A stretch of 64,000 nt of DNA. Source: Halomonas sp. GTDB lineage: Bacteria; Pseudomonadota; Gammaproteobacteria; Pseudomonadales; Halomonadaceae. The notes beneath the pieces are model-generated. The model was given only the letters and a program-made list of their open reading frames with translations. It made no database searches and was not told the DNA's origin. The translations under genes were made by a program, and so were the position numbers. How positions within the stretch are numbered: the stretch's first letter is position 1; each line of letters opens with the position of its first letter. The stretch is taken from NCBI GenBank assembly GCA_011050415.1, contig DRFS01000006.1, forward strand, positions 245,539-309,538, in the 5' to 3' direction. Positions 50,301-57,981 of this stretch are shown here, piece after piece.

Positions 50301-51684
50301 AATGATGGCGTTGTTTAACGATGGCACGTTGAGCCCACTGCCGTTTACCTCGTTCAGCCACACGCAAGTGATCGACGCCTTCCGCTATATGCAGCAGGCG
50401 CGTCAGATCGGCAAGGTGGTGGTTACTTATGAGCAGCCCATCGCACCGCCGCAAAACGACGTTTTGGGGACTGCCGAAATGCAGCTATCCCCGGAGGCCA
50501 GCTATCTGGTCACCGGTGGTCTCGGTGGTTTCGGCTTAAGAACCGCCCAATGGCTTGTGGAAAAAGGCGCGCGGCAACTGATTCTGCTCAGTCGTAGCGG
50601 CCCCGCCAGTGAAGAAGCGCAAGCAGCAGTCGCGGCCTTTGAACAGCAAGGCGTTAAGGTATTGGCAGCGGCGTGTGATATTACCGACCGCGCTGCGCTA
50701 GCCAGTCTTCTCGAGCGCGCCAAAGGTGAACTCGCCCCACTGCGCGGTATTGTGCACGCGGCCACGGTGATCGATGACGGCTTGATCCGTAATTTAGACG
50801 CCGATCGGATTCAAAAAGTATTGGCGCCCAAGATCGATGGTGCCCGTTATTTGGATGCCCTTACCCGCGATGCCGAGCTGGATTTCTTTGTGCTCTACTC
50901 GTCGGCGACCACGCTGTTTGGTAACCCTGGGCAGGCTAACTATGTAGCCGCTAACCACTGGCTCGAAGCCTTTGCCGCCAACCGCCGTGCAGCTGGCTTA
51001 CCGGCAACCTGCGTGCGTTGGGGGGCCATTGAAGATGTCGGTTTCCTGGCCCGCAATACCCGCACCCGGGATGCGCTGCAAGAGCGCCTGGGCGGTTCAG
51101 CGCTGCGCTCAGAGGATGCACTCAAGGTGCTCGAGCAGATGCTGATAACGCCGGGGCCAAGCCTGGGCGTGCTGGAACTGGAGTGGGGCGCACTAGCTCG
51201 CTTCCTGCCCACCAGTGATGCGCCGCGTTTTAACGAAATTGCCCGTGCCAGTGACGATGACAGCAGTTCAGATGCCGATGACGATATCAGCGCACTGCTG
51301 GCCGACCTCTCCCCCGAGGAGTTACACAGCACAGTGACGGATTTGCTACGTGCTGAACTGGCCAGCATCCTGTTGATTGATGAAGAGAAGCTCGATATTC
51401 ACCGCTCGGTTTACGACATGGGTTTCGACTCGCTGATGGGCGTCGAGCTAATGACGGCGATTGAGAACCGACTGGGGATACAGGTGTCAGTGATGGTGCT
51501 CAGCGAGGCATCGACGCTAGACAAACTGGCTGGCGTACTGATCAAGAAAATGCATCAGCATGACGACGATGTTGAAGACACACCGCAAGATGCGATAGCC
51601 TCGCTGGCCGCACAACACGGTGCAGAGGAGTTCACGTCTGAACCGTCCGCTGCTTCATCATCACCCGCGACAGAGACACCATGA
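44314..51684 (+). CDS. wcbR: Single-module highly reducing type I polyketide synthase, WcbR-like (KS-AT-DH-pseudoMT-ER-KR-ACP)
   Basis: KS DTACSSS / HGTGT / KSNLGH; AT GHSVG, YAFH; DH HVVGEGAVFP, DSAFQ; ER IHGAAGGVG; KR TGGLGGFG, YVAAN; ACP GFDSLM; no thioesterase. Confidence 0.95.
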   Translation: MTKRVAIIGAAHRFPGTTPETFWQDLQAEKDLVTEVAADRWSHEAYQHPDKRHPGTSVTFAAGSLGDISGFDADFFGISPREAANMDPQQRMLLELAWEAMENANILPSTLRGSQCGVFLGVASLDYSYRMADDMAAIDASTATGNTSSIASNRLSYVFDLHGPSMSLDTACSSSMVAFHQACQSIRSGETTMALAGGISLHLHPYGFIIFSKASMLSPTGRCQVFDEGGNGYVRSEGAGLFLLKDYDLAVADGDNIIAVVAGSAVNTDGHKSGLTVPNPSAQIDLMKRAYQQAGIEPDEIDYLEAHGTGTAVGDPIESRAIGEALGQHRKTPLLIGSVKSNLGHLETASGVAGLAKALYSIQHREVPATIGIRKLNSRIKFDEWNISVVTKAQPLKKEGRLIIGINSFGFGGANAHVILESPPERAKPEPLTPATPLPIRLTARSEAALTQSAETLAAYLGQNATASFYDIAHTLFTHRDHHAHGALLFAQTAEEAASLLSDFAAGETKSVTTLERLPKATGPVFVYDGNGCQWESMGHDLLNDSPVFADAIDRVDAIFQQHGDFSLRAELEGRNADLSTENRFALTEIAQPALFALQVALTEWLRAQGITPTAVFGHSVGEVAAAWASGALSLEDAVKVIYYRSDYQGKTRGQGEMTAVATSADEIAEWLEKPEFDQVCLAGINSPKGITLAGDSQQLGALEAALSNLDIFAKRLPLDYAFHSPAMDSIEAGVINALADITPRATQVPYYSTVTGTLIEGVELGATYWWKNIREPVLFDAAASALIEQGNNVFIEIGAHPILRRYLNETLRQLDKAGLVFGTIERHKPGMEGLQRCLSQLLLSGLTLDYRQFFPIEGLRVPLPRYAWQRSHHWVHGTNDSQGLLSRYYQHPLLGYPLAQHQHTWESQLDTQRQPWLADHVVGEGAVFPGAGFVELTLAAALQLKDSPLLDIEELEIRAPLLLDGPHGRAMRLTFAPEDGRLEIHSREPATGNEWQLNAVARTMRESRGFLLKRQAPAIPNRAPDYTLEDHLHMAERIGLHYGPAFQAISQGWIEGDAVIGEIALSDEVKAQLDTLHVHPGILDSAFQMFIPLLAQHSGFASQLAFVPVRVGRIQVNTQAGEPVIARAVMGKRAPHSFTADFELYDAAGNAVAVLSQTRFKAIRLNRAHHQHFSYLDIELTPAPLTPAPLVLPAEALARLADIASVYAEYTGQRYGNEVAPLLDSLSEAFANAATDEAQHSPDVIWQLLVQDYPDYFAPIHMVGRLGLHQQALRSGTSDLEALGISHEKVARLNRVLVGESGWQVLAGVLGEIIDALIAELSPGQRLQLLEAGPSAPALGERLLERTVHTLYHDLTHYRVITTLDSARHQAEQLQERFPLIDVEHLDQNDFASLTAPSSVAKAQVAFVSVDITRPSATRKLIEALPAQLAAGAQLMLVGISPSRWIDDLLATPGIDQTALEQDTLIGWLNDQGFVVSTPMALEESESGAYLLHAYYPLDTPSVETATQRRHLIIADHNSETVAANLIETLQSQGASALLSVSQSAPAELLTHALSQPTLANHAEHTLNVIDLRGLGANSTEAQTARCEYALQWTLALEQQSLDASLWLVTNGLSALWQSTVASADDAPGDAALWGFGRSLANEAIGHSVYLLDIPAMISEAALHAWATLLAQPDSENEALIDNQGHRFATRLRTLSAPHPGISQHSAQPRQAMTLGFAMPGQLRQLIWRPRPLPEANADEVEIRVKATGLNFRDVMYTLGLLSDEAIENGFAGPTLGLEFAGVVEAVGSNVTHLTPGQAVVGFGPASFSDNVIASQHAVAPLPEGISFAAAATIPTTFFTVYYALKHLARLEPGEKVLIHGAAGGVGIAALQIAQWLGAEIYATVGSEEKRDFLRLMGIERLYDSRSLTFAEEILEDTNGEGVDVVLNSLAGEAINQNLRALRPFGRFLELGKRDFYENTHIGLRPFRNNLSYFGIDSDQLMKVQPALTQRLFGEMMALFNDGTLSPLPFTSFSHTQVIDAFRYMQQARQIGKVVVTYEQPIAPPQNDVLGTAEMQLSPEASYLVTGGLGGFGLRTAQWLVEKGARQLILLSRSGPASEEAQAAVAAFEQQGVKVLAAACDITDRAALASLLERAKGELAPLRGIVHAATVIDDGLIRNLDADRIQKVLAPKIDGARYLDALTRDAELDFFVLYSSATTLFGNPGQANYVAANHWLEAFAANRRAAGLPATCVRWGAIEDVGFLARNTRTRDALQERLGGSALRSEDALKVLEQMLITPGPSLGVLELEWGALARFLPTSDAPRFNEIARASDDDSSSDADDDISALLADLSPEELHSTVTDLLRAELASILLIDEEKLDIHRSVYDMGFDSLMGVELMTAIENRLGIQVSVMVLSEASTLDKLAGVLIKKMHQHDDDVEDTPQDAIASLAAQHGAEEFTSEPSAASSSPATETP

Positions 51685-53006
51685 CTGCAAAGCGTTCTGA
51701 ACTGAAACAGCAGCTTCTGGATAAAGCACGCAAGCGCACTGCCCCGCGTGCTGCCAGCGTCACTGCGTCGTCATCTGACAGACAAGGTGCAGACCAGCGC
51801 ACAGTACCCGAACGCTTCACGCGTTTTGATGCCCAGCCCGGCTATCAGCAAATTGCCATGATGCGCCAGGCTGCGGATCAGTTAGGTTTGGTAGACCCGT
51901 TCTTTAAGGTGCATGAGGGCAGTGCTGGGGCAACCAGTGTCATTAATGGCCAGACCTGCATTAATTTTGCCAGCTATAACTATCTTGGCTTTTCAGGCGA
52001 CCCGCGTATTAACCAGGCCGCCTGCGATGCGGTGGCCCGTTATGGCACATCTGTTTCCGCTAGCCGTGTGGTCTCCGGTGAACGGCCCATTCATCAGGAG
52101 TTGGAACAGGCGCTGGCTAACGCGTATGACGTTGAAGACGCCGTGGTGTTTGTTAGCGGCCACGCTACCAACGTTTCCACCCTGGGTTACCTGCTTGGCC
52201 CTAAAGATTTAGTGCTCCACGATGAGTATATTCATAACAGCTCATTAGTCGGCGCGCAGCTTTCTGGCGCCAAGCGCATGTCGTTTAGTCACAACGACCC
52301 GGCAGCACTAGAAACCCTGCTTGCCCGTCATCGGCATCAGTTTGAGCGCGTGCTGGTGGTGATCGAAGGGCTTTACAGTATGGATGGCGACATCCCTGAA
52401 CTGCCGCGTTTTATCGAACTGAAGCAGCGTTTTCAGACTTGGCTAATGGTCGATGAAGCACACTCGTTTGGCGTAATGGGGGAAACCGGCCTGGGGCTGC
52501 GCGAGTATTTTGATATCGACCCGCGTGATGTGGATATCTGGATGGGCACCATGAGCAAAGCCATGGCGGGATGCGGCGGCTATATCGCAGGCAGCAAACC
52601 GCTAGTCGAAACGCTACGCTATCTGGCGCCAGGTTTCCTGTATAGCGTTGGAATGCCTGCCCAAGTGGCTGCGCCATCGCTTGCCGCCTTACAGCTCATG
52701 CAGCAAGAGCCCGAGCGAGTACAGCAGCTGCATGCTATTTCGCGCTACTTCCTGGAACAGGCCACCGCGCGCGGGCTAGATACCGGTAGCAGCATAGGTG
52801 CCGCCGTCGTGCCCATCATTATCGGCAGCTCTGCGGCAGCCGCCCGTCTCTCCCATGGGCTGCTGGAACAGAACATCAATGTTCAGCCTATTCTTTACCC
52901 TGCGGTACCGGAAAAGAGTGCGCGGCTGCGCTTCTTCCTTTCTTGTGACCATACCCAAACACAGATTGACCAAACGTTACATGCATTAGCCACGTTGCTA
53001 CCGTAA
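51681..53006 (+). CDS. wcbT: PLP-dependent alpha-oxoamine synthase (BioF/SPT class), WcbT-like
   Basis: NFASYNYLG, SASRVVSGE, HNS, FSHND, EGLYSMDGD, DEAHS, GTMSKA; ATGA overlap with the PKS. Confidence 0.88.
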   Translation: MTAKRSELKQQLLDKARKRTAPRAASVTASSSDRQGADQRTVPERFTRFDAQPGYQQIAMMRQAADQLGLVDPFFKVHEGSAGATSVINGQTCINFASYNYLGFSGDPRINQAACDAVARYGTSVSASRVVSGERPIHQELEQALANAYDVEDAVVFVSGHATNVSTLGYLLGPKDLVLHDEYIHNSSLVGAQLSGAKRMSFSHNDPAALETLLARHRHQFERVLVVIEGLYSMDGDIPELPRFIELKQRFQTWLMVDEAHSFGVMGETGLGLREYFDIDPRDVDIWMGTMSKAMAGCGGYIAGSKPLVETLRYLAPGFLYSVGMPAQVAAPSLAALQLMQQEPERVQQLHAISRYFLEQATARGLDTGSSIGAAVVPIIIGSSAAAARLSHGLLEQNINVQPILYPAVPEKSARLRFFLSCDHTQTQIDQTLHALATLLP

Positions 53007-53059
53007 CCTATCTGTCAGAGAAAACACGGCAAATACTCGCTAAGCCCAAGGATGAATGC

Positions 53060-53578
53060 ATGGACTGTTTCAGCGACTTAGAAGGCGCCATGCCTTGTTG
53101 GTACGTTATTCAATGCAAGGGCGGGGAATCATTCCGTGCCGCTGAACACCTCACTAATCAAGGATACGAGGTGTTTCATCCTGTCCTGAATATCAAACGG
53201 AAACGACAAGGCAAATTGGTTACCGTTAACGAGCCGCTGTTTCCCTACTATCTTTTCATTCGCCTGGATCAAGTGGTCAGTAATTGGCGGCCTATTCGCT
53301 CAACGCGCGGTGTGCTAAGACTGCTCACCTTCGGTAATAGGCCGGTTGCCACGCCAGACGCTTTAATTGACACACTGCGCGCCCAACCGCACCAGCAAGT
53401 CGATATCCACACCTACTTCAGCGCTGGTGAGAAAGTCACCATCACTGACGGCCCCTTCAAAGACCTCGAAGCCATCTTCACCCGCTGCAAAGGCGAAGAG
53501 CGCGCCATTGTATTGCTCAATGTGCTCAACCGGCCGCAGCATCTGGATCTACCCGTGGAAAGCCTGCAGAAAGTGTGA
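53060..53578 (+). CDS. rfaH: Transcription antiterminator RfaH
   Basis: WYVIQCK..E..RA..HL.NQG, EPLFPYYLFI, IRSTRGV..LL.FG, KOW GEKVTITDGPF. Confidence 0.9.
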   Translation: MDCFSDLEGAMPCWYVIQCKGGESFRAAEHLTNQGYEVFHPVLNIKRKRQGKLVTVNEPLFPYYLFIRLDQVVSNWRPIRSTRGVLRLLTFGNRPVATPDALIDTLRAQPHQQVDIHTYFSAGEKVTITDGPFKDLEAIFTRCKGEERAIVLLNVLNRPQHLDLPVESLQKV

Positions 53579-53686
53579 GTGGTGAGTGGTGAGCAGGTTA
53601 TTTGCTGCTTCATACCTGTATGGAAAAGCGTGGTATGTGATAATTAGCAACATTACCATCACCGAATATTCTGCATGGAGGCACGG

Positions 53687-54196
53687 GTGGCAACCTATCG
53701 ACGCGCGCATGTTCCTGGCGGCAGCTACTTTTTCACGGTCGTGACCTACGCCCGACAACCCCTCTTGGCAGACCGCCTCAATATCGAAGCGCTAGGCCGC
53801 GCCTTCCGTAAAGTGCGAGAAGAGCGCCCCTTCGTTATGGACGCATTTGTACTGCTCCCCGACCACCTCCACTGCCTATGGACCCTCCCGGAAGGCGATG
53901 CCGACTACTCCTCCCGCTGGCGGGACATCAAAAAATACGCCTCACAAGAATTCCTCTTCCCACCCGGCACCCAAAGCGCCTGGCAACGCGGGTTCTGGGA
54001 ACACGTCATTCGTGATGAGCACGATTGGCAGCGCCATATGGATTACATCCACTACAACCCCGTCAAACACGGCTGGACCAAAGCACCCCGCGACTGGGAA
54101 TGGTCAAGCTTCCACCAATGCGTGCAAAAAGGCTGGTACGAACCCGACTGGGGCGCCCAACAAACGCCCGCTGTCGCCGAAATGGATTGGGAATAA
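53687..54196 (+). mobile_element. rayT: REP-associated tyrosine transposase (RAYT, HUH/Y1 family)
   Basis: GGSYFFTVVT, VLLPDHLHCLW (HUH), WQRGFWEHVIRD, YIHYNPVKHG, WSSFH. GTG start after GGAG; REP array immediately downstream. Confidence 0.93.
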
Positions 54197-54234
54197 ATTA
54201 AATATCCCAACCCCCGCACCGCTAGGCGCTGTTT

Positions 54235-55173
54235 CCGCGGGTGCGCCGCAGGCTTACCACGCGCTACGAGACCCACCAAAATCAGCTGCGGCCACGTAGC
54301 GCGTGGTAACGAATCTCGCGAGGTACGAGCGAATGAGGCACCCGCGGGAGGCGGCGGAACGACGCCCAAGGGCATCGAACCAACTCCGCCAACACAGGCC
54401 AACCCCGGCACCGCTTCGCGCTGCTCCCGCAGGTGCGCCTTAGGCTTACCACGCGCTACGAAACCCACGGCCACGTAGCGCGTGGTAACGAATCTCGCGA
54501 GGAACGAGCGAATGAGGCACCCGCGGGAGGCGGCGGAACGACGCCCAAGGGCATCGAACCAACTCCGCCTCCACAGGCCAACCCCGGCACCGCTTCGCGA
54601 TGCTCCCGCGGGTGCGCCGTAGGCTTACCACGCGCTACGAAAACTGCGGCCACGTAGCGCGTGGTAACGAGGTTGTGAGGAACGAACAGCCGAGGCACCC
54701 GCTGGAGGCGGCGGAACGACGCCCAAGGGCACCGCACCAACAACGCCTGCACAGGCCAACCCCGGCACCGCTTCGCGCTGCTTCCGCGGGTGCGCCGTAG
54801 GCTTACCACGCGCTACGAAACCCACGGCCACGTAGCGCGTGGTAACGAGGTTGTGAGGAACGAACATCCGAAGCACCCGCGGGAGGCGGCGGAACGACGC
54901 CCAAGGGCACCGCACCAACAACGCCTGCACAGGCCAACCCCGGCACCGCTTCGCGATGCTCCCGCGGGTGCGCCGTAGGCTTACCACGCGCTACGAAAGC
55001 TGCGGCCACGTAGCGCGTGGTAACGAATCTCGCGAGGTACGAGCGAATGAGGCACCCGCGGGAGGCGGCGGAACGACGCCCAAGGGCACCGAACCAACAC
55101 CGCCTGCACAGGCCAACCCCGGCACCGCTTCGCGATGCTCCCGCGGGTGCGCCGTAGGCTTACCACGCGCTAC
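54235..55173. repeat. BIME/REPIN-like array of GTAG-family REPs: 5 complete 178-179 bp units plus one leading half unit (11 REPs)
   Basis: Units start GTAGCGCGTGGTAA at 54296, 54475, 54654, 54832, 55010 and end TTACCACGCGCTAC at 54459, 54638, 54816, 54994, 55173; a lone reverse REP ends at 54267. Confidence 0.93.
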
Positions 55174-55213
55174 GAAACCAACAAACCGTACCGCTAACGA
55201 GGCATGTGTTTGC

Positions 55214-56077
55214 TTAAACGTCGTAACCGGCTTCGCGGGCTAGGATGGTGTTGGCTTTTAACCAACCTTCTATGTGGCCACAATCGAAGGTGCGGCCGTT
55301 CATGCGGAAAGCTTGGACGGTTTTACCTTCCTGCATTAAGCGATCAATTGCATCGGTCAATTGAATTTCGTTACCGGCGCCAGGTGGCTGGTCACTCAAT
55401 AACTCCATTACCCGGTAAGGCAATACATAGCGGCCGATGACCGAAAGGCGTGAAGGTGCCTCTTCGGGTTTGGGTTTTTCTACGACACCCAGCATATCCG
55501 CGCTTTCGCCCGCCTGGGGCTCACTGCCACCGCAATCAACGATACCATAGCGGTAGACCTCTTCTTGCGGCACTGCTTCCACCATAATCTGGGCGGCGCT
55601 ACTGCTATTCCAGCGAAGTACCATATCACCAAGGTCACAGGTAGTACTTTCCGTTTGGGGCTTCACCAGCACATCAGGCAAGATAACGGCAAAGGGCTCA
55701 TCCTGGCCTAACAAATGGGCAGCACAAAATACGGCATGGCCAAGGCCCTGCGCGTTAGGCTGGCGTACGCTAGTAATTTTTAAATTAGCGGGCGCAATGG
55801 CAGCCAAGGTTTCCAGCAGCGCATCTTTGCCTTTTTTAGCTAAAGAATCCTCAAGCTCCGCGTGGGCATCGAAGTGATCCTCAATGGCAGATTTACCAGA
55901 GCGAGTCACCAGAATAATTTCATTAATGCCCGCGGCCATCGCCTCTTCAACCACATGCTGAATCAAGGGCCGATCAACGACAGGTACCATCTCTTTCGGA
56001 ATTGACTTACTAATAGGCAACAAGCGGGTACCAAAACCCGCTACTGGAATAATCGCTTTACGAACCTGCTTCATCAC
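55214..56077 (-). CDS. galU: UTP-glucose-1-phosphate uridylyltransferase
   Basis: KAIIPVAGFGTRLLPISKSIPKEM, GLGHAV, ILPD, YGIVD, VEKP, EIQLTDAI, FDCG. Confidence 0.96.
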   Translation of the reverse strand: MMKQVRKAIIPVAGFGTRLLPISKSIPKEMVPVVDRPLIQHVVEEAMAAGINEIILVTRSGKSAIEDHFDAHAELEDSLAKKGKDALLETLAAIAPANLKITSVRQPNAQGLGHAVFCAAHLLGQDEPFAVILPDVLVKPQTESTTCDLGDMVLRWNSSSAAQIMVEAVPQEEVYRYGIVDCGGSEPQAGESADMLGVVEKPKPEEAPSRLSVIGRYVLPYRVMELLSDQPPGAGNEIQLTDAIDRLMQEGKTVQAFRMNGRTFDCGHIEGWLKANTILAREAGYDV

Positions 56078-56100
56078 TTGCTTCCTATGCTATTTCGTTA

Positions 56101-57771
56101 CTAGCGCCACTCGCCAATTTTATGCAGCAGTTGTTCGGTACTGGGATCTCTCACCAAATCCTGCTCAGAAGAACTATCTGCCATTGTGTTGAAAAGACTC
56201 GTCGCCAATTTTTTACCTAGCTCGACACCCGGCTGATCAAACGGATTAAGGTTCCACAATACGGATTGAACAAAAACCTTATGTTCGTAAAGCGCTACGA
56301 GCGCGCCCATACTCCAGGCATCCAACTGCTTTAACAATAAAAGTGTATTCGGATGATTACCGCGATAGCCCTGTGCCATGTGGCCACTCAATGCTTTTGG
56401 AATCGCATCATCCCCTAGCGCAAATAACTGCGCCTGGGCAAGGCAATTGGCCAGCGTTAATTGCTCTTGGGCGGCTAATGAATCTGCTACATTTTGCGTA
56501 GCATCCACTTCACGCCGTGCCACCGCCACAAAATCAGCGCTAACGGTATGCCCACCTTGATGCAGCAATTGATAGAACGCATGCTGGGCATTTGGCCCTA
56601 CATCCCCCCAAATAATCGGGCAGGTAGCATGGTTTACGGAGCGCCCGTCAAGGCGAACACTTTTACCATTCGACTCCATTTCTAACTGCTGCAGATATGC
56701 CGTCAAACTTTTCAACCGGCCATCATAAGGTAGCACCGCATGGGTCGCGATATTCAAGAACTGGCAGTTCCAAGCGCCTACTAATGCAACCAGGGCTGGT
56801 AAATTCTCGGTTAGCGGCGTTTCCAGGAAGTGGCGGTCCATGGCATGCGCGCCATCTAATAGCGCATTGAAACTCTCCATGCCTAACTGCATCGCTACGC
56901 TGACGCCAATCGGCGACCACAACGAAAAACGCCCACCAATCCAGTCTTTGAAGACCAATTGATGAGCGTCAGGAATGCCAAATTCAGTCATTTTTTCAGG
57001 TTTTGAAGAAACCCCGATTAGTTGATGACGACAGACCGTCGGCACATCAACTTCAAGAGAATCACTCAACCACGCCAACGCAGTGCGAATATTGAACTGG
57101 GTATCCGCAGTGGTAAACGATTTGGAAGCCAGCACCAATAGCGTCGTAGCCGGGTTTAAGCGCTCTATTAGCGGCAGCAGCTGCGCCCCGTCCATACATG
57201 AAACATAATGCACATCAACATGCGTATGGCTTGGCCGGTCAGCTAGCGCTTCACTGATCATTTTTGGCCCTAAATCTGAGCCACCAACGCCAATATGCAC
57301 CACATCGGTGATTGACTGCCCAGTCGCACCAAACCACTGGCGCTGATGTAACCGGTCAACCATTTCGGCTAACCGACCACGCTGGTACTGACAAAATTCG
57401 GCCGCTTTTTCCATGCCGTTAGGCGGGGTTACGTTGGCAGGCCAGCGCGCGGCCATATGTAGCGCCGAACGACGCTCAGAAGAATTAACCTGGGCACCAG
57501 CAAATAGCGCGTTACGTTTCGCTTCAAGGCCACAGCTAAGCGCCCAATCCGTTAATAATGAAAGGGTTTCCTGAGTAATGCGCTGCTTACTTAGATCAAG
57601 ATGCAGTGACTCAAACGTGTACGCTAAGGCGCTAGCCCGTTGACGGGCGGCAGCGCTATCACCGCCGATTAAATCACTCAGCGATTGCGCTTGCAGATGC
57701 TCAGCGTGCTGCTCTAATGCATTGACTGGCGTATAGGCACGCGCTGTCAATAAATGCGTTAATGTATTCAT
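56101..57771 (-). CDS. pgi: Glucose-6-phosphate isomerase
   Basis: GVGGSDLGP, SKSFTT, GGRFSLWS, QQLEMESNGK, QHAFYQLLHQG, NPFDQPGVELGK. Confidence 0.94.
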   Translation of the reverse strand: MNTLTHLLTARAYTPVNALEQHAEHLQAQSLSDLIGGDSAAARQRASALAYTFESLHLDLSKQRITQETLSLLTDWALSCGLEAKRNALFAGAQVNSSERRSALHMAARWPANVTPPNGMEKAAEFCQYQRGRLAEMVDRLHQRQWFGATGQSITDVVHIGVGGSDLGPKMISEALADRPSHTHVDVHYVSCMDGAQLLPLIERLNPATTLLVLASKSFTTADTQFNIRTALAWLSDSLEVDVPTVCRHQLIGVSSKPEKMTEFGIPDAHQLVFKDWIGGRFSLWSPIGVSVAMQLGMESFNALLDGAHAMDRHFLETPLTENLPALVALVGAWNCQFLNIATHAVLPYDGRLKSLTAYLQQLEMESNGKSVRLDGRSVNHATCPIIWGDVGPNAQHAFYQLLHQGGHTVSADFVAVARREVDATQNVADSLAAQEQLTLANCLAQAQLFALGDDAIPKALSGHMAQGYRGNHPNTLLLLKQLDAWSMGALVALYEHKVFVQSVLWNLNPFDQPGVELGKKLATSLFNTMADSSSEQDLVRDPSTEQLLHKIGEWR

Positions 57772-57981
57772 TCGTTCCTCCTTGAACCTTAATAAAGCTA
57801 AGACGAAAAGCTTGCAACAGTGAGTCGTTCGTTACTTCACAACTACTTTCATCAATGCTTTTATTGATACTTCTATCAATGCATCTATTAATACTGCTGC
57901 AAGCTTCACGCCATTAAGCGCTTCCCAGCGCTTTATTGAATAGTAGGCAACAGGTTACCCCGCAATATGATTCTTCTAGTA

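Noticed and set aside
51681-53006. Biotin synthesis bioF or threonine-catabolic kbl
   Set aside because: No bio or tdh genes nearby; translational coupling to the PKS and the WcbT-like N-terminus favour a capsule-linked role.
54235-55173. CRISPR array
   Set aside because: The period is about 179 bp, the intervening sequences are near-identical rather than unique spacers, the repeats are inverted pairs, and there are no cas genes; the adjacent RAYT explains it as REP/BIME.
54052-55440. Multiple 60-140 aa ORFs on both strands (MVSLRRTRG..., MLPRVRRR...)
   Set aside because: They are translations of the GC-rich palindromic repeat units, repeated with the array period and with no RBS or protein-like features.
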